Assembly: GCA_045546315.1 (NCBI GenBank)
Contig: JAZQCN010000036.1
Coordinates: 33,574-97,573 of the forward strand
Length of the DNA: 64,000 bases
Reading direction: 5' to 3'
From: Clostridia bacterium
GTDB taxonomy: Bacteria > Bacillota > Clostridia > UBA1381 > UMGS1253
Under the pieces are notes generated by a model. It did no database searches. It was not told the origin of the DNA and was given only the letters and a program-made list of their open reading frames with translations. Positions 36,530 through 42,240 of this stretch are shown in pieces (positions within the stretch are counted from its first letter, which is position 1; the number at the start of each line of letters is the position of its first letter). The position numbers were made by a program, and so were the translations under genes.

Positions 36530-36558
36530 ACTATACCACCCCGCCGGAAAAATGTCAA
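36530..36558 (-). promoter_or_regulatory. Sigma-A promoter of the ctsR operon
   Basis: On the minus strand: TTGACA (36558-36553), exactly 17 nt, TATAGT (36535-36530). Confidence 0.8.
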
Positions 36559-36615
36559 GATTTTATTTTTAAATATTTTGTGAACAATTTTTTCAAAAGT
36601 TTTTTCAAAAAAGTC

Positions 36616-36644
36616 TTGCCATTTATATTTTTATGTGTTAGAAT
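36616..36644 (+). promoter_or_regulatory. Sigma-A promoter of rpmB
   Basis: TTGCCA (36616-36621), 17 nt ending in TGT, then TAGAAT (36639-36644). Confidence 0.65.
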
Positions 36645-36717
36645 AGTTGTTGCTTATTATGAGTAAAGTTACTTTCCGATATAGAAATTCGGTAGTATGC
36701 AGGAGGTGTAATGTAAC

Positions 36718-36906
36718 ATGGCAAAGTGTGAAGTTTGCGGCAAGGGCGTATCCTTCGGTATCCAGGTCAGCCACTCCCACAGAAGAAGCAACCGTATGTG
36801 GAAGGCGAATGTAAGAAAAGTTAAGGCAGTTGTAAACGGTACAAACAAGTCCGTTTATGTATGCAGCAGATGCCTGCGTGCCGGTAAGGTAGAAAGAGCT
36901 ATCTAA
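36718..36906 (+). CDS. rpmB: 50S ribosomal protein L28
   Basis: MAKCEVCGKGVSFGIQVSHSHRRSNRMWKANVRKVKAVVNGTNKSVYVCSRCLRAGKVERAI. Confidence 0.95.
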   Translation: MAKCEVCGKGVSFGIQVSHSHRRSNRMWKANVRKVKAVVNGTNKSVYVCSRCLRAGKVERAI

Positions 36907-36922
36907 TTACGCATGTCATGAT

Positions 36923-36950
36923 ATCCCGCACAGATACTGTGCGGGATTTT
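36923..36950 (+). terminator. rpmB terminator
   Basis: ATCCCGCACAG-ATA-CTGTGCGGGAT followed by TTTTG. Confidence 0.75.
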
Positions 36951-36959
36951 GACTTTTTT

Positions 36960-37074
36960 AGGGATGTTAAAATGGCGCAGAACGCACGAAACGAACCCTC
37001 GATGTACACAAGTACATCTTCGGGCAGAGCCTGGCGGTTCGCTTCGCACCTTCTGCGCCATTTTACCTATCCCT
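36960..37074. other. Long (~115 nt) imperfect hairpin, unassigned structured element
   Basis: A perfect 15-bp outer stem pairs TAAAATGGCGCAGAA (36968-36982) with TTCTGCGCCATTTTA (37051-37065). AGGGAT/ATCCCT extends it. Nested stems are CGAA-A-CGAACC / GGTTCG-C-TTCG and GATGTAC-ACAA-GTACATC. Confidence 0.6.
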
Positions 37075-37144
37075 TTAATTTTTTTGAATTATTCCGCACA
37101 ATTCGTGCTTCCTGCGTGTCGTTTCGCAAGCCTCGTGCATAGAT

Positions 37145-37224
37145 TTACGGCGCGGCACATAGGCACGCGCCCTACGATGTTCATTGCAATTCGCAGAGGA
37201 CGGCGTCCCCGGCGTCCCGTTTTC
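37145..37224. repeat. GC-rich REP/BIME-like palindromic element, copy A
   Basis: Minus strand contains CATCGTAGGG-CGCG-TGCCTATGTGC-CGCG-CCGTAA. The same CATCGTAGGG-[hairpin]-CCGTA module occurs at 52104-52137. A second, more diverged hairpin module lies at 37192-37224. Confidence 0.55.
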
Positions 37225-37233
37225 GATCCACAG

Positions 37234-37262
37234 AAAAAAAAGACCGACGATCGGTCTTTTTT
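37234..37262. terminator. Bidirectional terminator (serves the aldo/keto reductase gene)
   Basis: AAAAAAAAGACCGA-CGA-TCGGTCTTTTTT. Confidence 0.75.
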
Positions 37263-37263
37263 A

Positions 37264-38184
37264 TTACGGCAACACATTGCCTGCGCTTTTATAAATCTCG
37301 TACCACTCCTCGCGCGTAAGTGTGATTTCGCTTGCGCGGATGCAGTCTAACAATCTTTGCTTGTTCATCGTGCCCGTAATCGGCATAAACTTTGCCGGAT
37401 GGCGCAAAAGCCACGCCATAACTATCGTCGTCTCGCTGACATTGTATTTTTGCGCAATCTCCGTCAGCTTGGCATTGAGCGCCGGATACTTGTCGCTGCC
37501 GATAAACACACCCTCGAAAAAGCCGTACTGAAACGGCGACCACGGCTGAATCGTGATGTCATTTAAGCGGCAGAAATCGAGCACACCGCCGTCGCGGTTT
37601 ACTGCCGATGCGTTCTCCATATTTACATTGATGCCCGATGAAATCATCGTCGCATTGGTGATGCTCAACTGCAGCTGATTTGCCACAATCGGCATCTGCA
37701 TATATTTTTCCAAAAGCTGCATCTGCATCGGATTCTGATTCGACACGCCGAAATGGCGCACCTTCCCCGCCTGCTTTAAAACAGAGAATGCCTCTGCAAC
37801 CTCCTCCGGCTCGACAAGTGCATCCGGGCGGTGCAGCAAAAGCACATCGAGGTACTCCGTACCCAGTCTTTGAAGGATACCGTCTACCGAGCTTAAAATA
37901 TGCGCCTTCGAAAAATCGAACATTTTGCCAGGCACAATACCGCACTTCGACTGTAAAAGGATTTTTTCGCGCACAGACGGACACATGCCTACTGCCTTTG
38001 AAAAAATCTTCTCACATTCTCCTCTGCCGTAAATATCGGCATGGTCAAAAAAGTTTGCACCGTGCGCGATTGCCGTCTGCACAAATGCAGCCGCATCCTT
38101 TTCCTCTAATTTATTTATACGCATACAGCCGACCGCCATCGTCGGCACCGAAATCCCGCTCTTACCAAGCATAATCTTTTTCAT
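37264..38184 (-). CDS. Aldo/keto reductase
   Basis: Start set at ATG 38184 (MKKIMLGKSGISV..) with a GAGGTG RBS. Motifs ..GANFFDHADIYG.., ..LLHRPD.., ..HFGVSN.. Confidence 0.85.
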   Translation of the reverse strand: MKKIMLGKSGISVPTMAVGCMRINKLEEKDAAAFVQTAIAHGANFFDHADIYGRGECEKIFSKAVGMCPSVREKILLQSKCGIVPGKMFDFSKAHILSSVDGILQRLGTEYLDVLLLHRPDALVEPEEVAEAFSVLKQAGKVRHFGVSNQNPMQMQLLEKYMQMPIVANQLQLSITNATMISSGINVNMENASAVNRDGGVLDFCRLNDITIQPWSPFQYGFFEGVFIGSDKYPALNAKLTEIAQKYNVSETTIVMAWLLRHPAKFMPITGTMNKQRLLDCIRASEITLTREEWYEIYKSAGNVLP

Positions 38185-38253
38185 AGAAATCACCTCATTT
38201 TCAATATAACATACATTTATATTTTGTCAAGAAATTTGTTTTTGCGGTTCTAC

Positions 38254-38286
38254 AAAAAAAAGACGGTAGCTTTTGCCTACTACCGT
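38254..38286 (-). terminator. Terminator after the XRE-family gene
   Basis: Minus strand reads GACGGTAG-TAGGCAAAAG-CTACCGTC followed by TTTTTTTT. Confidence 0.65.
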
Positions 38287-38316
38287 CCTGCTATGCATAG
38301 CCTCAATTCCGAAAAT

Positions 38317-38559
38317 CTATCTGATTTCCTGTTCAAGCTTATCAAATTCTGCTGTTGAAAAGAATTCACCCAAGGTTATTTCCAAACCATCACAAAGCTT
38401 TTTAATCGTGCGAATCGAAATGTCCCTGCGCGATTTATCCATCATACTGTATACGGTTGACGGCGTGACGCCCGAAACATTCGCCAGCTCATTAATTTTT
38501 ATATTCCTTTGTATGCACAATTCCGTAAATCTTTTTACAATCATATCTTTCAGGTCCAT
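38317..38559 (-). CDS. XRE-family helix-turn-helix transcriptional regulator
   Basis: 80 aa: ..RFTELCIQRNIKINELANVSGVTPSTVYSMMDKSRRDISIRTIKKLCDGLEITLGEFF. Confidence 0.8.
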   Translation of the reverse strand: MDLKDMIVKRFTELCIQRNIKINELANVSGVTPSTVYSMMDKSRRDISIRTIKKLCDGLEITLGEFFSTAEFDKLEQEIR

Positions 38560-38599
38560 AACAACACCCCTAAAGATATTCTAAATTATTTTCCGCTCC

Positions 38600-38620
38600 T
38601 GCGTATACGCACTTGCGTAT
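38600..38620. promoter_or_regulatory. Candidate operator: perfect 12-bp palindrome TGCGTATACGCA plus an extra half-site TGCGTAT
   Basis: The palindrome lies at 38600-38611 and the half-site at 38614-38620, in the divergent region between the XRE gene and the 38679 gene. Confidence 0.5.
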
Positions 38621-38678
38621 TTTCAGAAATTATGTTATTATTAATGTGTAACATTTTATATGGATAAGGAGTGTAAAT

Positions 38679-39236
38679 ATGAGGTATTTTTTATTCTTAA
38701 TCATATTGTGTCTTATGTGCACTGCATGTGCAAACCACGAATTAAAAACAGAATGCATAGAATTGGATTGCACAATGTTATCCACCACAAACAATTATTG
38801 CACGGCACATGATGCCGTTTATGCACATGAAAGAGAATTTTATCCTCTTGTACAACAATTTATTAATGCAATCAAAAACACTCCGGGATATACAACAAAC
38901 TCTACATTTCAGTTAAAGGATGTATACATACACTATGTCCAACCATCTGACATTGCAATACCATATACATTAGAATTGTACGCTCATTATGTTTACCAAA
39001 ATAATGACCATTATGTAAGCTATATCGAAAGTGAAAAGCAAACCGGAAGTCTCCCTGCACTGACACCTTGTTCACAAGACACATATTCCAAAATTCAAAA
39101 AGCTGCGCACGGCGGTTGTAGCACACACAATGTTAAAGAGCGTGCAAAGCACTATTCAATGCCAAGGTCAGACAAATACACATATAATGAATACTTTTCC
39201 GTAAATCTAAATGACTTCAAAACACATCAGAAATAG
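38679..39236 (+). CDS. Hypothetical secreted/lipoprotein-like protein in a low-GC region
   Basis: 185 aa with a hydrophobic N-terminus ending in Cys residues (MRYFLFLIILCLMCTACANH; imperfect lipobox). AAGGAG RBS. No recognisable family. Confidence 0.55.
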   Translation: MRYFLFLIILCLMCTACANHELKTECIELDCTMLSTTNNYCTAHDAVYAHEREFYPLVQQFINAIKNTPGYTTNSTFQLKDVYIHYVQPSDIAIPYTLELYAHYVYQNNDHYVSYIESEKQTGSLPALTPCSQDTYSKIQKAAHGGCSTHNVKERAKHYSMPRSDKYTYNEYFSVNLNDFKTHQK

Positions 39237-39241
39237 CATAC

Positions 39242-39280
39242 AAAAAAACGGCAGAGCCTGCGCCCTGCCGTTTTCTTCTT
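39242..39280. terminator. Bidirectional terminator
   Basis: AAAAAAACGGCAG-AGCCTGCGCC-CTGCCGTTTTCTT. Confidence 0.7.
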
Positions 39281-39314
39281 GCTCGGTTTCCCGTTTTATC
39301 CTTTTTCCGGCTTC

Positions 39315-39419
39315 TTAGTTGTTGTCACCGCAGCAGCAGCAAAGTACCACAACGATTAAGATAATCCAAAGCAGCCAGTTGTTGTTATCGTCACCGCAAC
39401 CGTTGAAAAAGCAGCCCAT
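39315..39419 (-). CDS. 34-aa Cys-rich single-TM mini-protein (MGCFFNGCGDDNNNWLLWIILIVVVLCCCCGDNN)
   Basis: Too short for the ORF track. It has ATG 39419 with a strong RBS (GGAAGGAGG) 7 nt upstream, a TAA stop at 39317-39315 and a terminator 35 nt downstream. The architecture is a hydrophobic core flanked by Cys/Gly/Asp/Asn. Confidence 0.6.
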   Translation of the reverse strand: MGCFFNGCGDDNNNWLLWIILIVVVLCCCCGDNN

Positions 39420-39551
39420 ACCCGTACCTCCTTCCCCACTTTCAAAGGCGGCGCCTCTTGCCCTGCGCCCTGCCTTTGTAATACCATCATATGTGGTTTC
39501 GAAGGATTTGGTATCTTGTCCTTACTTTAAATATTTAAGTTCTCTGCTTTC

Positions 39552-40037
39552 TTATCGTACTTCAATGCCCAGTTCCTTTACCTTTTCAATATAGGTCTCG
39601 CTCGGCTCGAACAAAAGCTTATATACCTTGCCCTTATCATCTGCAAACACGCAGGTGTAGCGCTCCAGACCCGAGCTCGACTTCGTTACATTCATACATA
39701 CACCCTCGACCTCCGGTGCAGAGCCCTTTGTGATATACTGCACCTTCTCGATTTCCACCTCGCACAAAATCTTGTCATACTTACCGCTGTTTGTGATAAA
39801 CAAAAGCACGCCGTCCTCGATTTTATAGATGTAATCAATCAAGCCGTGACGCAGCATAAAATACACCGCCGCCACCGTGATGCCGATAAATACAAGCCTT
39901 GCAATGCCGCCGAACGGCAGCTTCAATGCCGAATACGCGCCCGATAAAAGGTAGGTCAGCGCCAGCGCACACACGATGCGGATAAATATTTTTTTACGGT
40001 CCTTTTCCGTTGTTGCAATCTTTTCTTCGTAATTCAT
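39552..40037 (-). CDS. Hypothetical membrane protein (2 TM plus a small cytoplasmic beta-rich domain)
   Basis: Start set at ATG 40037 (MNYEEKIATTEKDRKK..), 7 nt after GGAGG. TM segments are IFIRIVCALALTYLLSGAY and LVFIGITVAAVYFML. Confidence 0.6.
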   Translation of the reverse strand: MNYEEKIATTEKDRKKIFIRIVCALALTYLLSGAYSALKLPFGGIARLVFIGITVAAVYFMLRHGLIDYIYKIEDGVLLFITNSGKYDKILCEVEIEKVQYITKGSAPEVEGVCMNVTKSSSGLERYTCVFADDKGKVYKLLFEPSETYIEKVKELGIEVR

Positions 40038-40122
40038 AGCCATGCCTCCAAGGTCATTTTTTGTTATTCTAACACATTTTCCGCCCTTCATCAATAAAAT
40101 ACACAAAAAATTCAAAAATTCC

Positions 40123-40151
40123 TTGACAAAGCGCCTTCTTTGCGTTAAAAT
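40123..40151 (+). promoter_or_regulatory. Sigma-A promoter of the rpsF-ssb-rpsR operon
   Basis: TTGACA (40123-40128), 17 nt spacer, TAAAAT (40146-40151). Confidence 0.75.
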
Positions 40152-40230
40152 AAATAGGCTTATGAATATAAGCATTATCCTTACTCTGTGGGAGACACAG
40201 GGTCAAAGTCCAGAAGGAGGTGTACAGACA
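40152..40230 (+). promoter_or_regulatory. Structured rpsF 5' leader (candidate S6:S18 autoregulatory element)
   Basis: Two hairpins, GCTTAT-GAAT-ATAAGC and CTGTG-GGAGA-CACAG, lie directly upstream of the GGAGGTG RBS. Confidence 0.4.
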
Positions 40231-40524
40231 ATGGTTGAAATCATCAACAACTATGAAACCGTTTTCATCGTAAATCCTGATTTAGATGAAGAAAAGACAG
40301 AGGCAGTTGTTGCCAAGATTAAGGCATTGATCGAGTCCGCAGGTACAATCGAATCCGTAGATGTATGGGGTAAGAGAAAGCTTGCTTACGAAATCAATGA
40401 CAAGACAGAGGGTTACTATGTATTGGTTAACTTCTCTTCCAAGAGCGATTTCCCGGCAGAGCTCGACCGTATCTACAAGATTTCGGAAGACATCATGAGA
40501 AGCATCATCATTAAGAAGAACTAA
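40231..40524 (+). CDS. rpsF: 30S ribosomal protein S6
   Basis: Start set at ATG 40231 (MVEIINNYETVFIVNPDLDEEK..WGKRKLAYEI) with a GGAGGTG RBS. The track ORF is extended upstream to 40042. Confidence 0.95.
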   Translation: MVEIINNYETVFIVNPDLDEEKTEAVVAKIKALIESAGTIESVDVWGKRKLAYEINDKTEGYYVLVNFSSKSDFPAELDRIYKISEDIMRSIIIKKN

Positions 40525-40546
40525 TTCTACCACGAGGTGAAAAATT

Positions 40547-41011
40547 ATGAACAAAGCCATATTGGTAGGCAGACTCACTGCTGACCCGGAGCTTAAGTCC
40601 ACACCGAACGGCGTGAATGTATGCAGCTTCTCTATTGCAGTGGATCGCAGATTTGTAAGAGCCGGCGAAGAACGCAAGGCAGATTTCATCAACTGTGTGG
40701 CATGGCGCCAGACGGCTGAATTCATCAGTCGCTTCTTTACAAAGGGCCGTATGATCGGTTTGGTGGGTTCGATTCAGACCAGAAACTATACCGACAGAGA
40801 CGGCAACAAGCGCTACGCAACGGAAGTTGTCGTAGACGAAGCCTACTTCACAGAAAGCAAAGGCAACAGCGCAGGCGCACCGCAGGGTGAGCGCGCATCG
40901 GGTTGGTCCGCTCCGGCGGCTGCAGAACCGGCAAATAATTTCGGTGCTGCAAGCGATTTTGATCAAAACGATTTTATGCCGAGCATGTCAGATGACGATT
41001 TGCCGTTTTAA
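40547..41011 (+). CDS. ssb: Single-stranded DNA-binding protein
   Basis: MNKAILVGRLTADPELKSTPNGVNVCSFSIAVDRRF.. with the acidic tail DDDLPF. Confidence 0.95.
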   Translation: MNKAILVGRLTADPELKSTPNGVNVCSFSIAVDRRFVRAGEERKADFINCVAWRQTAEFISRFFTKGRMIGLVGSIQTRNYTDRDGNKRYATEVVVDEAYFTESKGNSAGAPQGERASGWSAPAAAEPANNFGAASDFDQNDFMPSMSDDDLPF

Positions 41012-41047
41012 TGGCAACCAAACTCAGTAAGATAGGAGGAAATGAAA

Positions 41048-41296
41048 ATGGCAGAAAAGATGGAAAGACCTGCACGCGGTCCGAAGAGATCCCGCAGAAA
41101 GGTTTGCGTATTTTGTGCAGATAAAGTAACAGAAATCGATTACAAGGATACATTTAAGCTTAAGAAGTTCATTTCGGAAAAGTCCAAGATTGTTCCGAGA
41201 AGAATCAGCGGCTGCTGCGCAAAGCATCAGAGAGAAGTAACAGAGGCAATCAAGAGAGCAAGACATATTGCACTTTTGCCGTATACTTCCGATTGA
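41048..41296 (+). CDS. rpsR: 30S ribosomal protein S18
   Basis: ..[67 protein letters not shown] 41048 has better spacing to GGAGGA than the track start at 41042. Confidence 0.93.
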   Translation: MAEKMERPARGPKRSRRKVCVFCADKVTEIDYKDTFKLKKFISEKSKIVPRRISGCCAKHQREVTEAIKRARHIALLPYTSD

Positions 41297-41308
41297 TTTT
41301 AAAAAAGT

Positions 41309-41342
41309 TAACCCTGCATCATATGGTGCAGGGTCTTTTTTT
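41309..41342 (+). terminator. rpsR terminator (copy 1 of a duplicated hairpin)
   Basis: TAACCCTGCATCAT-ATGG-TGCAGGGTCTTTTTTT. Confidence 0.8.
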
Positions 41343-41414
41343 ACTCATTTTATTGACACCTCTCCTGCGGTGATGTTACAATAATTTCAAGGAACAGATA
41401 GAAAGGAGAGCAAA

Positions 41415-41720
41415 ATGAAAAAGCAACGTACATTGAAAATCTTAATTACTGCACTTTGGACAATTTGTGCAATTCCCTTGCCCGTTTCCTTTCTGTCGTG
41501 GATTTTCACTGTCGTTTCCGTTCTGCTTTCCGGTCAGTCGGACTGGTCGAGCTTTAAGACGCTTATCAGCTACTGCGCTCTGTTTTTAACCAATACTTAT
41601 ATCATCACTTACTTATATGCGCTCTTTAAAACAAACCGCGACCAAAAGCTCAGCTTGTTTTCGTTTCTGCCCGGCATCCATCTGGTCATCGCATTAATAT
41701 TTGTTTTCTTTTCCTTGTAA
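41415..41720 (+). CDS. Hypothetical small membrane protein (3 TM)
   Basis: 101 aa (MKKQRTLKILITALWTICAIPLPVSFLSWIFTVVSVLL..). GAAAGGAG RBS. Low GC by eye. Confidence 0.6.
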   Translation: MKKQRTLKILITALWTICAIPLPVSFLSWIFTVVSVLLSGQSDWSSFKTLISYCALFLTNTYIITYLYALFKTNRDQKLSLFSFLPGIHLVIALIFVFFSL

Positions 41721-41751
41721 ATTGCATAATACAAAGGAGGATTTAAAACGC

Positions 41752-42192
41752 ATGAAAAAACAACGAATTATATTTATTATCATTTGCATTGTTATACTTA
41801 TTATTGGCTTGTTTTTCATCAACCGTGCTTTAAACCCACTACGAAAATCCGAAGCCGAAATCCGTGAATATCTTTTTGAATTCACCCCAATTGGTTCAAC
41901 CAAAGAACAAGTAATTGATTTCATTAACGAAAATGCTGAAAAGCGTTATCCGGATGCCTCTCCTCACTATCGTGAGTTTGATTACGGGTTTGCGATAAAA
42001 GATGACCGCGTTGTGTTGCGCTTCCATGGGGCTAAATACGATGACTCCGAAATGATTGGTTCGGAAACGCTTGAGGCCGAGATCGGAACATATTACAAAT
42101 TTTTCAAAGCCCGTGTAATCGCATGCTGGGCATTTGACGAAAGCGAAAAGCTCATTGACATCGGTGTTTACAAAGGCTACGACAGCCTTTAA
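41752..42192 (+). CDS. Hypothetical protein with an N-terminal TM anchor and an extracytoplasmic domain
   Basis: Start set at ATG 41752 (MKKQRIIFIIICIVILIIGLFFINR..) with an AAGGAGGA RBS. The lowest GC in the area by eye. No recognised family. Confidence 0.6.
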   Translation: MKKQRIIFIIICIVILIIGLFFINRALNPLRKSEAEIREYLFEFTPIGSTKEQVIDFINENAEKRYPDASPHYREFDYGFAIKDDRVVLRFHGAKYDDSEMIGSETLEAEIGTYYKFFKARVIACWAFDESEKLIDIGVYKGYDSL

Positions 42193-42204
42193 TTAAAACA
42201 AACA

Positions 42205-42237
42205 TAACCCTGCATCATTCGATGCAGGGTCTTTTTT
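42205..42237. terminator. Terminator (copy 2 of the duplicated hairpin), bidirectional
   Basis: TAACCCTGCATCAT-TCGA-TGCAGGGTCTTTTTT. It is identical to 41309-41341 at 29 of 33 positions, and all four differences are in the loop. Confidence 0.8.
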
Positions 42238-42240
42238 ATT

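Noticed and set aside
36960-37074. A possible tRNA or tmRNA-like gene, suggested by a GGTTCG motif.
   Set aside because: The GGTTCGCTTCG segment has no complementary T-stem. There is no acceptor stem or anticodon-arm geometry. The structure is a single long hairpin.
36918-37350. Track ORFs 36918..37142 and 36949..37350 (plus strand) and 37089..37277 (minus strand) in the rpmB-AKR gap.
   Set aside because: They have no RBS. Their sequences are the translation of palindromic or REP-like DNA (for example RRGRRPRRPV) and they cross terminators. The region is better explained as structured non-coding DNA.
39319-39594. Track ORF 39319..39594 (plus strand, 91 aa, starting MLSPQQQQSTTT).
   Set aside because: It is antisense to the RBS-supported 34-aa mini-gene, of low complexity, and spans a promoter/hairpin region and the 3' end of the neighbouring gene.
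40042-40230. The upstream extension of rpsF in the track (start 40042). Similar extensions were seen for folD (60557), mcsB (35737), rbsK (20308), GH39 (18515), GH10 (43641) and eda (27760).
   Set aside because: The extensions run through promoters or upstream genes and lack an RBS. Internal starts give canonical N-termini with good Shine-Dalgarno spacing.
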